This document shows, one piece after another, positions 22,924 through 37,758 of a DNA stretch of 64,000 nucleotides. A program made the position numbers and the translations under genes. Positions within the stretch are counted from its first letter, which is position 1. Each line of letters starts with the position of its first letter. The stretch lies in the NCBI GenBank assembly GCA_025786725.1, contig JAHLTZ010000016.1, positions 248,001-312,000 on the forward strand, given 5' to 3'. The notes under the pieces were generated by a model. The model was given only the letters and a program-made list of their open reading frames with translations, was not told where the DNA came from and did not search any database. The stretch is from Syncephalis fuscata S228. Its lineage: Eukaryota; Fungi; Zoopagomycota.

Positions 22924-25900
22924 ATGAAGCGTAAGCGTAGCATTAACAATAGTGCAAACCCATTTTTTTCTGCTTCCGGCACCAACGATGACGAGGATAG
23001 CACTACTACTATGACGGAAGCATGGCAGGTTAACTTATTGGATGAGGACGCAACACAGCGTATTGACATGCGACAGGTTAATGCTGCATCAGCTGCTGTT
23101 CGTCAACAACAGTCGACAACAACAACTAGCTCAACGACATTTGCGTCTGTAAATCAAGATTCACAATCTACTCGTTTATTAAAAGTAGAAACTTTAGCGA
23201 ATCTCAAAGCTGAATCTATAGTAAGTTATTGGCTATTCGTTCATTTTGTTTACAAAAACACCACCAACCATTTAAATAATATATGATTTTAAAACTAATA
23301 TATTGTATATCCGCACATTTAAACTACAGAATACAGCTGAGAATGAACCTCAGTGCCGTATAATTGCTTCCAATGAAGCTATTGGTTGTATTGTTGGTAC
23401 ACAAGTACATCTATTCAATGCCGATTGTACAGTTCATGAGGCGGCAATTACATTAGGTTGGTTAGATTTTATTGATTCATTTGTATAATATTTAACTAAT
23501 GTTTATATCTAATTATTTGCATGTTGTTTTTTCTAGATTGTCGACCAGAATTAGCCGCGTTTAGTAACGATGCGCGATTTTTGGTAGTAGCGGATCAATT
23601 AGGATCAATTCATTTCATTCATAGATTGTCGCGTTCTGTTGTTTATTCTCAAGCTGTAGAGGATGTGACGGTACATAAATGTGATTCTACATTTTCTGCT
23701 CTAGTTTTTGGCTGTTCTAAAGGGTAAATAGGGTGTATTAGCCATAATCTATGTATTAAACAATAGAATGTTATATATAGCTACTATGACGACGAAAACA
23801 ATACAAATAATGATACTCTAGAGTCGCTGTTTATTGTATATAACAAGACACATATGCTATGTTTAGAAAACGTGGATTTTAAACAATTAGACGTTGCAAT
23901 TCAAGCACAGAATAGTCCAGATATACAAAAGGTAAACAATAGCATTGCCACATGATATATAATTATAAACAGATGTATTAGATTAAAGGGAATATAACAA
24001 CGATTAGCATTGATTTATCTACACAACACAACAATGTTTATGACGTAATACAATATAAATCCAATTTTATTGTTACAGGCAATGGTATTAGTAATTAGAT
24101 TGATGTTAATCGCTCATTAATCAATTAATATAATAGGCCAATCAGTAGTATCTGTATGGGATTGTTTATCAAATACATCAACCACACCAAATATACCTGT
24201 TCTACGTAATGCTATTGGAACTGAAAAGTATTTAACGGGAGCTCAACGAGTATTAATGAGTCCATCCGGTCATCATCTTATATTACTTGACAATAAGGGC
24301 CGGCTCTCTGTATTTCACTTTCCTACGTATGTTAATGAGTACTGGGATACACAATAGTAGAGTTAACACTTATATATAGCTTAATCCAATTGGGATCATT
24401 TGAAGATTACGTATTTGATAACATTTCATTTACTGGTCTTTATCCACAAGATCACTATCCATTTACGATACTGGCCATTACTAAACAGGATACACAACGA
24501 TATATATGTATCGTTGATGTACCAGGATTCACTATTAAGCAGCAGCTGACTGTAGCACACCATTGCTGGTTAGCTGAACAAGCATTTTCACGAAGGGTAA
24601 GTAATAGCAATATAAATATAATATATAGCCATTTAAGTTATCAATGACTATTATTGTGGTCTTTAGAATGATATCATGTTTATAGAATTGGATCAGTCAC
24701 AATCTATAAAGTAAGTTTTATTACTATTATGTATTATACAAGTTACTATAGCATTGTAGATCGTTAGTACCATCATTACATATTCGAAGTCTATCAGAAA
24801 CAGTACCCATATCTCGTTTCCAACAATTACTACGAAAACGGAAATACGACGATGCAAAACAGTGGGCCCAATTACACCAATTAGATGTCAATGTAAGGTT
24901 AACACTAACGTTATTAATAATTAACTAACTGGTGTTTTAATTAGATGATAGTGCAGTATCGATTGGAACATTATGTGTCGAATGATAACAACAACTCATC
25001 TAATTCTATCCATACATCGATAGTTATTAAAGCAAATGAAGCACAACTAATACTTTCAGACTTGAACTCTCTTCAAGTAAGTTATTATTATACCTGATAT
25101 TAATGATAGTGTAAAGGCGTAGTTTTATTAATATATATGATATATACATATAGGATATATCCTACGGTATCACATTCTGTATTCATGCCCATACAGAAAC
25201 CGTGGAAATGACACAACAATTACTTGAATGGGCACAGTCCAAATGTTCAATACTTATAGAAACAAATAAGCATCGACTATCTAAGGATATAAACATATTA
25301 ATTGAACAACTACATAATACATTGAATCGATGGGGTACTTGGCAGTATATTAGACCATTTACATCAAATAGCAATCAAGTAGAAGGCGAAAAAGAAACGT
25401 TTTCCTCTACTCAATGGCATCAATTTCGATCTAGTAATTTAGCAAAACAATTAGGCCATTGTTTTAAACAAGATCAAATAGAAATGGCATCCATCATATG
25501 GCGTCGACATCATCAAGGTAATACTACTACAACTTTATTAAAAATATAGCTATTATAAGCGGTTTAATTGTTTTATTGTTTAGAATTTCACTCAATAGCT
25601 GATAAAGTAGTCGATTGCTTAAACGAAATGTCAGACAACACACTGTTATCTGGGCGATTATGGCTACAAGATCAAGTATTACCATGGTTAATACAAAATA
25701 CCAATAATATGTATGTAACATATAGATATGGATATATAAATGTAGATAAGCAACTTATTAATATAAACTATTTTAGTTTATCTTTATATCAATGGCTGGA
25801 GAAACGAGCTCGTCGTATCGAATTGTATGATGGACGACCACATCGAGCATTGGACGTAATGAGACTAACTGCAACTACACGATTCGATGAGAATCACAGT

Positions 25901-28900
25901 TGTCAGGGTCAATTATTGAATCTAACACCGCATCATTATGTACAACAAGTAACTCATACATCATTTCCATTAATATTGGATGTACATACAGAAAACAAGG
26001 ATAAACTAAAGGGGATCAATCGATCTGATAAATCTATTTCGTTATTTTATCATCAATTACTAGATCGATACTATTTATGGGTAAATATTGTTTGATATTA
26101 TCAATGTTATTATATTACTAAGTATTGGCATTATTTTAGACAGAGTTAAATATTCAATTGACTCCCAATGATTATAATCAAAAAACGCCATTAGAAATTG
26201 GTACGTTTTATATTTGAACCACACAATTGATTAAAACAACATATATATAAATAATAGGATTATTACTATTAACTAGAGTTCAATGGGCGGATTCACTTAT
26301 TGAAGCGATTGAGCAGCAACTAATTCCATATGCTAAAAAGCATCAATTATGTGCATCTACAATTCTATGCGATTATATGATGAATTAATGACTAATCAGC
26401 TGATGGTAAGAACGAAGAATAGTATAATATTGTCAATACTTATAATCATTATTTATAGACTGGTCTACATTTGTATTAATCGTTATGCAATGGATGCCAA
26501 TACCAGATCTACGAGAAGATGTTATTCTTGAATGGATGCGTCATTTATCTATACCGTGGTCTAAGACTGCAGATCAATTATTGACAAGAATACTCGCTCC
26601 ACTGTCTTGTGAGCCTGATATGGGATCTAGTGTACGGGAACAGTATCGCCTGTTATTACTTCGCCGTCGTCTATTGTCCTACGGTCTATGTGAAGTCAAT
26701 TTGGCTGATTTATCCTTTATACGACGCAAGTAATAAGCAATATAATATATATGTATATATTAACTATCCTATAGGCATTGTATTTTATATTGCACGACAA
26801 GTTAATAGAAAAGATGCATTAGATGATGCATTAGAGGTAATATATTATACAATTACTGTAATAATGACTAAATATACTAATTGTTTAGATGACTCATATC
26901 TATCATCATTTACGTCGACATCATGTGTATATTGAATCTATGCAAGCTTATTGTGAAGCCGATATGCCAGATGAAGCAATATCTGTATATCAACGTATAT
27001 TACAAGAATATAATATACAAGAGAATAAAGAGTCAAGGTAATACTTATATAGCATTTAATACTACTACTACTACTACTACTAATAATAATAATAATAATA
27101 GTGATGTTGATCCATGGACGATTGGTGAAGAAATGGTCTACTGGTTAATGGATCAAATAGAAGGTAATATCAATTGAATACAAATAACTAACTAATTAAT
27201 ACTTAATAATTAATAATTAGATAAAAATGTGCATCAAATGAATTTAACCCATCAACACACATTGTTATTAATAACCAGTCAAATTATTGATCATGCCTTA
27301 AATACACTTAATCCATTTAATACTATGGATACTACACGGCCTATGTCACTTAAAAGTATTATACAGATGGAAACACTTATTGATGTGCAACGATCATTGA
27401 CATTAATGAAAGCGTTTAATATCTGCATATCACCTCGAACATTAACAACTTTGGAGGCACGAACTAAATTATTACACGAATCAATTGACAAGGTAATATC
27501 TTTTAAATACAATAACCATCAATAATTAATATATTGATATTAATATAGATGTCATTAGTAGAAATTGAAAGGTATAACAATTAATATACATACTACAATA
27601 GCTTATTCTATAATTAGATTAGGAGATATCCTGAAAATAGATCGATGGGAAGTAAGAATAGTATGGATGATCAATCAAGTACAGACGGATGTGAAGAAAA
27701 GCAATACAATGGCCACTATACTATGGATGATAAAGGATCTGTTAATGGAAACGACAGTATCAGCTAATGTATGGCATTATTCAAGTCAATTAATCAAGTA
27801 TATTATAATCGTATTAAATAAGACACAAGATACAACAGATGGACAATTATTTAATATGGGACAGGTTAGAAAGGATAAATATATTAATAATAGTTACATC
27901 TAACTATATTTATTAGATTATGGATCAACTCTTCCTACTATGTCAAAGACAAATTATTCATTGTTCTCCTATGGATATTCAAGATATCTTGGATCAATTC
28001 TCTCGGTATGAGTTACTTTACAATGTATTTATTCAAACAGATCAGGGAGAATATGCCAGTGCTGTACAAAAGACCCCCAGTTCTTCTACTACAAAAGGTA
28101 TATTAACAACAAGTAATATAAATGTTATTGATAATAGTGAAACCATTAGAATCTATCGAAACAGTGGCCGTAACACGATCTTTAAATACAAGAATGAAAC
28201 AATCTCCATTATTATCATCAAAACAGCAAATGTCTTCACTTATGATACTATTATTTGAAAGTTATTTTATTGATAATCATCTTGTTATGGAAGTATCAAC
28301 GACGTTGAACAAAGCAGTTAAAGTATTAGAAGGAACAACAACAGCAAAAAGTTCTACTTCCATGCATCTAGTAAGTATTTATCTTATTATTTAACCTATC
28401 ATAACACTATGTATATAGGGAGTAGTCAATAAGGGTAAATCATTGGCTATAGATAATACTATTGTAAAATACTGTTCGAATAAGAATATTGAAGCTATAC
28501 ACGATTTATTACAGTATCTACAAGAACATCGATCATTACAACAAGCTATACGATTATTAGTATGGTCATTGATTAAACATCATCGATTGACAAAGTATGA
28601 AGGTGAACAAGATAAAAATGCTGAATCATGTAAATTATGGGAGAAAACATTAAATGTACAACTATTTCAATCATTAGTGAAATTAACTGCACAAAAGGTA
28701 ACTAGATTAGATATAAACAATTAATGTTGATACTGTTATTAATTGTTATTAGATACTAAATGCTAAAATGGCCCATGCTTCATTGGCTATGGCCTATTTA
28801 ACAACACTGCCTCAAGAAATAGCCTTTGATGTATTTAGAGTAAGTTGATTCATTATATATAGACTGTTGTTACTGAAAATACTACAAATTAGACAAGTTT

Positions 28901-31900
28901 AGCCAGTGTTGGTACACAATATGACCGATTAGCAAGACTGTCTACTCTTGGTGTCTTGTGTGCATTACAGTGGAAACAACGTACATTTATGGTTGACTGT
29001 CGACAACTGTCTATGAATGCTTATTGGTGGCGGCAATTCCAATTACTAGGTATTGAATTCAGTGATAGCGCTTTTAGAGCAAGTCATACTACAGGTGATT
29101 ATCAACAAACATTATTGCCTCAATTGTTTGAGAAGACAGGAGATATTTCAACTATATTAGAATATGCTGCTGCTTATCGTATTAATGGTAAGATAGATGA
29201 TTAAATAGTATGAGCAATAGTAATTGTACTAACACTATTTATCATTAGAGGATGAAGCATGTCTTCTATGTATTCAAACGTTATTACTAGACGATAAAAT
29301 GACGATTGATGCAAATCGATTAAGCATAATAATAGCTCAAATTGAAAATAAGTCAAAGTTGATTGATTGGTTAGAAACTCGGTGTATTCCATCTATTTCA
29401 GCATTTGATTATCCTCGTGAGTGCTAATTGTAACAAATTAGATAACTATTAATACAGTAATATAATGATAACAATAGGACTACAATTAATCTATAACCAA
29501 ATTATTCAACTGGATTCTAGTCATGAAAGGGCTAAAAAAGCAAATATGATACTTCCCTGCTTATCTGACTATGAACGACGTTGGTATTCCACCAATACTA
29601 ATACTAAACTATCAATGAGAGTAAAAGGTATAATAACCGCTATTTTGTACGATTTATTAATAAATGTAATAGATAACGAACAACAATTATCTTTAAGACA
29701 ATTAACAACAACAACAACAACAACTGCAATACGTATCTCATTTCATGATTTAATGCAAGATGCTTGGTCTACACTTTTACCTATTATTAATGAACGTAAT
29801 ATACATTCATTATTGCCATTATACTTGCCACTTCAACTATCATCGGATCAATTTTATGTTGTAGCCATAGTAAGTATTTATTAGTTTAATAGAATGTTAT
29901 TACTAATTTATTTATAGCAATCAATTATATCGACTACTACAGATCACCAGTCAGATAAAAGAGTAGCAGACTTGTATTCATCAATTTCGTTATTTGATCG
30001 AATTAGTAATCTTTTAATGAAAATTCAGGATCAAGCACTAACAATTGATTTAATAAAACAAGTCATCAACAGTAATATTTATACTAAACAAAATGACGAC
30101 GATAAAATCCAGATACTTACTTTGGCTTGTTCTTTAGCCGAACAATTAGTGGTAAGTAATCTTTTATATATATATTATATTATATTATATTAACTAATTC
30201 TATATAGCAAAATATACCAACAACATCAACTACATCCATTGAAAAGGCCAAGAATGAACTATTAGCATTACAAGATCAATTGAGTCAATGTAGAATTAAA
30301 GCAATTATCAATACGATTGGATGGTCCAAGATAACTACACTCGATATTCATTTATCAAATCCTCAACAATTAATTAAGGAAATCTATAGTTTGAACAAAG
30401 AATTGGCTATAATATTATCTGATAAACAGTGGAGTGAAGATATATCATCTACTAAGGAAGCCATTGATACATTGGTTAATGGTATTTGTAAGGAGTATCA
30501 ATTAATCGTGATAAATTATTACAGCAATTAATGATGGTATGTATTATAATAATTATAGTTTTTGTATTTAATATTTAATAATAATATTATTATTAATATT
30601 AATAGGATTGGTTAAAAGAGCCATTAACCCAATCTAATACGCTTGTTTCATCTCAATTACTATCGGCATGGATGCAGGCAAATTATACATTGTTATTATT
30701 ATTATTATTATTATTACGTATACTGTCAATTTACTAAATAACCGAATTAGATGGCCAGTCATACAGCAACATCAGAGCAAACATTGCAGGAAAGATTAAC
30801 ACTATTAATGCGTACAAGTATGTACGATAAACGTGTAAATTATTTATTGAAATTTGCCTATCAAGTAAGTGTAGACGGATTATGTATTATGAATCCACGT
30901 TTATAATAGCATTATTATAATAGCCTTCACATAAAATATCTACGGTTGCTCGTATACGTGCATTATCCATTCTAATGAATGTTGCTCATCCTCAAGCTAT
31001 TAGTAAAGTTCATCGATACGATGATGTTCGGTAAGATGAATGATTAACAGAACAAATAAGCCAATACTAATAACATTAATAATAATAGAGAATATCTACA
31101 CTTGTTGCTATACATGTTAGATTTTGAAGATTTACGTATTTCACAATCATTAAAAGAATTTCACGCTTGTGATAAATTGTCACTTGCTCGATCTCTATGG
31201 GTTACCCATCAACATGATTTAAAGGCCGTACAATTGATTTGTAATCTATGTTTGGATTTCAAATTAAAGGATATTTCATTATGGGAACAGCTATTAACTA
31301 GATTATTACAATCACGTGAAGTAAGTAATAATACAGTAATAAATTATCTAATACTAATACTATAAAGATTGATTATTTAATTCGAGTATTTGAAGATATT
31401 GAGGCTGTATCTTTATTAGCACCACTTCCAATAATGGCAACCATTCGAGATGGACTTTTACATGCTTTAATTGACGTATTAGCCAGCTCAGATCAAGGTA
31501 AATAATGATTGATATATTGTTATTAGTTGTAATCTATACAATAATTAATATTTGCTTATATTCATAGACAATACACGTATTACTAATGAAATACGTCTTA
31601 TGGCCTTAATACATCGACTACCAGGATTAATAGACGAGACAAGTGTTATACGTATTCTTAATCATGCACAAGAAACATTATCAGCATAGTCTTTCTACGA
31701 CTTGTTGCGTGTTTTCCTAACATATCAGTAATAGCCCAAAGACGCAAGGTAATGACACATGTAAATAATATATATATATACACACTATATTAATCACTTA
31801 TTAGACAACTGTACTTGACTTGTTACCTAATGATATAATTACACTATTACAATCACTTGAGGAAACAAATCATAATGACAATTTACCATTGAAAGCATCT

Positions 31901-32376
31901 AACTATAGTTATATGGTATCAATTAAGGTATGAATTATAAATTAGATGTATTTTATTTATTTATCCTATTATTCTATTATTTATTAGTCATTACAAGAAG
32001 ATATATTTGACCGTATTGATAATGAGGCTCTTTATGGCCAATTAACTCGTATACCTAATTTTGCTACTATTTGGCTGCGTCCATTGGTCGATTTTCTCGT
32101 TCGTCATGATCGTTTAGATCGGGCCTTAACGACTGCCATTAATATGGGCATGACGGGTGTGGCAAGAGCCGCAGTCAATATGTATTATGCCCAATACAAT
32201 ATTGAAGAAGATCGACGTATTTATTTATCAGCCCATACAATAGACGGCACATCATCATCAGACTCATTAGATCCATTGGAGGTAAGTCTATTTATATATA
32301 TTTTTATATATAATCTAATGTATCACTTGTTTAGATCTACATGTATATTCATAAATTGGATGAAACTATTTGTTAA
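22924..32376 (+). CDS. KNTC1: Kinetochore RZZ subunit ROD/KNTC1, very intron-rich
   Basis: N-terminal beta-propeller-like exons. LHIRSLSETVPISRFQQLLRKRKYDDAKQWAQLHQLD resembles the ROD propeller/solenoid junction. YMLDFEDLRISQSLKEFHACDKLSLARSLWVTHQHDLKAVQLICNLCLDFKLKDISLWEQLL resembles the Rod C-terminal domain. Confidence 0.8.
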
Positions 32377-32451
32377 TTAAATTTGATTGATTTAAATTAA
32401 AATAATGTATCGTTTATAGATTCATTGTGTTTGCGTACAAAGAATTAGAGA

Positions 32452-33251
32452 TTAACCGCGTCTGCGCACATAGAATTCATGGGCCAGTTGATGGATTTGT
32501 GGTGGATACGGCGAAGGAACCTCTGTACGTCCAGGTCGCACGACTGGTTCACGTAGAAAGATGGCCGAACAGGTGGCATAATCTACTTCAAGATAGTCAG
32601 GCAGAAAGTGGAATGGCTGGCTATAAGGTTGTGGCGTATAAGTATGTGGTTCTTTGGGTGATTCACCGGCTTTTAGCATTGGAATAGCATTTGGATCAAC
32701 TGTAATCATATCGCCATCTTTTAACTTGTATGATGGATAAATCATCTAATATAAATACATTTAATTAGAAATACTTATTAGTAATAGTAGTAATTTACCT
32801 TTTTCTCATTAACTTGCACTGAACCATGTCGGATCATTTGACGTGCACTCATAACACTGGGTGCAAATAGACAGCGGAATATGGCCACTTCCAGTCGACG
32901 TTCTAGCTCGGCAAAGGTTAGGGAAGCTGCCATAGTTGATACACTAGGTAGTGGTGGGGCATTAGGAGCACGGTTTACTGGATTCTCAAGTGCTGGTGCT
33001 TGTACGTCGCCGGCATAGCCAGTAGGTAACCAGCGACCACCTTGATTAAATAATCGCTGCCAACGACGTTCCGTTATATGATCACCATGATAGCCGCGTG
33101 TTAATCGCTTTGCCTCCCAGCGCTGTTGGTAAAGCGTCTTTCGTCCTGTTTGAGGTGGCAATTCTCGACTAGCCAAATTGTATAGATTATATTTATTCCA
33201 TGACATGCGGATCAGCCCGCGAGCTACACTAAATGGAGCGCGATGTCGCAT
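32452..33251 (-). CDS. NAM9: Mitochondrial small-subunit ribosomal protein uS4m (Nam9-like), 2 exons
   Basis: RMSWNKYNLYNL, YQQRWEAKRLTRGYHGDHITE, S4 motif ELERRLEVAIFRCLFAPSVMSARQMIRHGSVQVN, EVPSPYP. Confidence 0.92.
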
Positions 33252-33633
33252 TCTTATCACGTAGCAATAGGCAAAAGAAGCAACAACAGCAACTACTACT
33301 ACCACTACTACAGTGCCAGGTAAAAAGATCTAACGACAATAGTAACTCACGCCTATATAAATATAAATATAAATATAGTTATATAAATATAGTTATATAG
33401 GTGTATGAAAAGTAGTGACGAAAGAATAAGAAAAAACGATTTGTACACAAATTTGATAACTACGCGTCTATAGTGGACATTAGTAGTTAATAATAGTTAT
33501 AATTACACTTCTCATCGGTAATTCAAATGTGTAATGAATTTAAATTAAAAAAATAAAAAGTTTGCTTCTTTTTTTGTTGTTACCATTTGCCCATCGTTTA
33601 TAGGACTTTTTTCGTTAGTATATCCAAGTTACT

Positions 33634-35512
33634 ATGTCGGCAACTACTGCCCATGCACCCATTGCGGTGAAGCCTATCACCGATGAAGCTGTTGTAGAAG
33701 GATTTGAACGTCTAGATAATAACACTGCCGTCATCACAGGTAGATAAAACTTAACATTTATTAAATCAAGTAATATTAACACTATTATACCATGGCAATT
33801 AAATAGCACCATGTGTTCATGATATTGAACCAGTGGGTACAACCTTTTTGCAAATGTTGCAACGCCGCACATTTGGTGTAGCACTTGAAGAAGCTCTACT
33901 GCAGGTGGCTGACCAAGAGGCCCTTGATGACGATGCCGACGATGACGCTAATGATGCAGATGCTGTGGCATCAGATGAAGACGAGGTGACACCGGAACTG
34001 ATGCATTTGGATCTAAGTGAATGGAAGAAGCATGACCATTATGCCATCATTGGATTGCGTAAATTGCGTTCCCATGCCACAGAGACACAACTACGTAATG
34101 CTTACCGCCGTCGAGTACTTAAATACCATCCGGATAAAAAGGCACAAAGTGGTGACCAAAAGAAAAGTAAAATTTCTAAAGAAGATGACCATTTCTTCAA
34201 ATGTGTACAGAAATCCTATGAATTGCTATCCGATCCAGTACGCCGCCGTCAATACGATTCGGTTGATGCTGCCTATTCTGATGAAATACCCGAAAAAAGC
34301 GATAAGACAAACTTTTACGAACTATACGGACCGGTATTTGAGCGTGAATCACGCTTTTCCAAAGTACATGCAGTGCCTAAACTTGGCAATGCCGACACTG
34401 CACAAGAGGAAATCGACCGATTCTATTCATTCTGGTACAGCTTTGATTCATGGCGTTCCTTTGAATTTATGGACAAAGAAGACGTTGAATCGGCCGAAAA
34501 CCGTGACGAAAAGCGCTGGCTTGAACGCCAGAATCGTGAAGAGCGTACAAAGTTGAAGCGTGAAGATACCGCACGTGTACGCCGCCTTGTCGACCAAGCA
34601 TTTAAAAAGGATCCACGTATCAAGAAGTTCAAAGAAGCGAAGAAGCAGGAACAGGAAGCGAAAAAGAACGCAAGGGAAACGGCCGCTCGTGAGGCAAAGG
34701 AAGCAGAGGAACGGGCCCGTGAAGAAGAACGACTAGCTAAAGAGCGTGCCGAAGCCGACGAGAAGGAGCGATCTGTGCAGCAAAAGAAACAACGTGAAGC
34801 TTTAAAGAATAAGCTACGTAAAGGCCGTAAAGCAGTTCGTACACTACTTAAGGTAAGTTAGAATAGTATAAATATTAAATGCTATTTTATCCGTTTATTA
34901 ATGTTTATCAATAATTTATTTTGTCCTCTTGGCATATATAATAGGAACGACCATTCGGCGTTGGTATGCTTAATGGCGAAACTGCATCCGAAACAAGCAT
35001 TGCTTTGCGTGATGTCCAACTCGATACACTTGTTGACAAGTTGGATGTCGATGCACTAATGGCATTAAAGGAAAGATTAGAAACAGAGACCAATGCGGCG
35101 CTATCACAGCAAGTAATTGAAGAATTGGTAAGTAATCGATTTATTTAAATGTGTTTAATACGAATTAATTACTAATGTGTAATTAGGCCTGCCGTTTTGT
35201 CTCTAACAATGAATTGACTGCCGAATCTTTGGACCGTCTTGTATCACGTAAGTTTTAAAGTCATTTATCATATCAATTATATAAATTAAATGCTTACATT
35301 GCTACATTAATTGATAGCTGAAATTCTTAGTGGACAGCAGCCAAAGACATCTGTTGTAAAAGAATTGCCTAAGAAAGAGCCAGTTGCAACAAAGAAGACA
35401 GCTGAATGGTCTACTGAAGAAATTGCTATTCTTATTAAAGCAGTTACTAAATTCCCTGGTGGAGCACGTCAGCGGTAAGTGGATTAAATAAATAATACGT
35501 ATATTGTATAGC

Positions 35513-35550
<38 letters not shown>

Positions 35551-36088
35551 TAGATGGGAAACCATTAGTGACTACGTAGCTGTACATAGTGGTCAAGCTG
35601 CTCGTACTAACGAAGAACTCATTGCCAAATCTAAAGAATTACAACGTGGTAAGTATAATAGCTTGTAAGTCATTATATTTTTTATTAATTATTCATCATT
35701 TATATATAGGTGCCACTGCTTTAAAGGGTGATACTATTCAAAATTTGCAATATTCAAAGAAGCACTCCGATACTCGTATTAACGATGAACCATCGCAACG
35801 CTTTGAAGGTGAAGGTCCATCTGTTAAACCGGTGACAGAGGCAGCAGATGCTACTGCTACTACTACTACTACTGCACCACAGCAGCAGAGCAAGCTGCTG
35901 CTACTTGGTCGCCTGAAGAGCAACAAAAACTTGAAGCTGCACTTAAACAATATCCAGCCAGTTGGAGCGGTGAAGGTGATCGTTGGGATATGATTACCGC
36001 TCAAGTTGCTGGACGTACCAAGCGTGAAGTAAAACTCCGAGTCAAGTTTTTAATGGAACAAATCAAGGCTAAAAAGGCTACTCAATAA
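33634..36088 (+). CDS. ZUO1: Zuotin/DNAJC2 ribosome-associated J-protein with two C-terminal SANT domains
   Basis: IEPVG N-motif, J domain with HPD, FYSFWYSFDSWRSF zuotin domain, charged middle region, SANT1 EWSTEEIAILIKAVTKFPGG and SANT2 TWSPEEQQKLEAALKQYP...DRWD. Confidence 0.93.
35514..35550 (+). repeat. (AAT)n microsatellite in a zuotin intron
   Basis: Seen directly. Confidence 0.85.
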
Positions 36089-36289
36089 AGTTAAATCTTT
36101 TTTACTTGATATTATTAAATGTGTATAGTCAAATAGTTACATGACGAAATGTTACTTTGGCTCCCACATTTTGAGTTTTTAAAATAAAATCCGTTCCATC
36201 AGAGCCGTATCGTTGTTATATGCAACGTAGCTATATTATTTCCTATCAAATACTGTCAATAAATTGTTTTAAATAAACAATGTAACATA

Positions 36290-36530
36290 CTATTTGATTT
36301 CATTGAAACATTGAGGTTAATCATTGTTGTTGTTGGCCATGCATAAAAAGATTGATCGAACATTAATAGAAGCCATACGATTGCAATTCCATGTCATTCC
36401 ACATTTGTTGTTATTGCATCTATGTACAGCATGAATTATTGCATCTAAATGGTCTGTTCTATTTTCTAATATTCTACTATTGCATTTTGGGCATATTTGT
36501 GATGTAAGATCAATATTAATATAATTAGTA
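36290..36530 (-). mobile_element. Second decayed Fanzor/TnpB-like C-terminal fragment
   Basis: LTSQICPKC...IIHAVHRCNNNKCGMTWNCNRMASINVRSIF...NNND*PQCF: zinc ribbon plus RuvC-III with the catalytic Asp lost. Confidence 0.8.
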
Positions 36531-36829
36531 TAAATATTGTTTATTAAACAGCCACCTTCCATATAGTCAATCTGACTAAATAAATGGCATTTGAACAATT
36601 AATATCATAATGACAATGTATATATATTAACGCAATAATAAAGATAACTAATTAATTACATTATTGTATTGCTAATTAAACATGAATTAATTAATATTAA
36701 ATATACCATCATACATGTTATAGTAATGAATGAATACTTAATTATATCTAAAGTGTTAAGAAAAAGAAGTGAGATGGATGAATAAAAATGTAACAGTCAA
36801 AGTACAATGGCACCAGTTACATAAATATT

Positions 36830-37511
36830 TTACGATTTATTTCCTTTTGTTTGTTTCTTTCGCTTCTTATTGCCAAGATAAAAGCTTAACACATCATTAC
36901 TTCCATTAACAATAGCACGTTTGCTGTTGTTAGTATTTTTTAAATTAGATGACTTGAATTTACTTTCATCATCATCATCATCATCATCATCGTCATTGTT
37001 GTTGTTGTTGTTACTTTTAGTAGTAGTCTTTGATGATTTATTAGCAGTTAATGTTGATGATTTGGACAAATGGCCTCCTGTTAATTTACGTCGTAGTTTA
37101 TCTTCGGTTAGTATTCCTTTTGCATTTGAATGACCATTTGATTGCATTGCTTGTTTATGTGATAAATACTTGGCGCCTAATCCCAACCTATTAATAGCCC
37201 ATTTAATTAAATAAATTAGTATTTATTAATGTTATTATTAAAATCAATTTATACCGTGGTGGTCTTGCTGTCATGCCGCCAATTACTGTTTGCTCATTCT
37301 CTTTACGATTGGCAGTCTTATTGGTGAATTGCTGCTGTGTAGAAGTAGTCAAACTGCCGGCATCCTTATCGTTATCGTCGGGTGGTAGCCACGAAGACAC
37401 AAGCGTACGTGTCATGCCTACAGATACTTCTAGACGAGTACGCAGCATGTCCAAATCAACGGGCGCCTCCGAGGATGAGTCATCCTTAAGTGTAGTTCGT
37501 GTGGTAGTCAT
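36830..37511 (-). CDS. Small basic/acidic protein of DUF3245-like type, 2 exons
   Basis: TRTLVSSWLPP and RPPR/LGLGAKY motifs, poly-N/D tract, C-terminal KKRKK. Confidence 0.6.
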
Positions 37512-37758
37512 TCGGTGAAACAAAAGTTGAAAAAAGAAAAATATTACGAAAACGAATGGTGTGTCTATTAACCAATGGATACTATTTGACTGAGGTGCAT
37601 CGTCATCATCGCACTACGAGTATATTTATAGCCTCGTTCTGTCTTACTTGCTCCTCATTTACTCTTTATTCTATCTTCGTTGCTATTATTTGGCATAAAG
37701 ACATTGATATTGTGTTTCTTTCCTTTCTATTAGCTATTTGGATCAGCTTTTTAGTACA

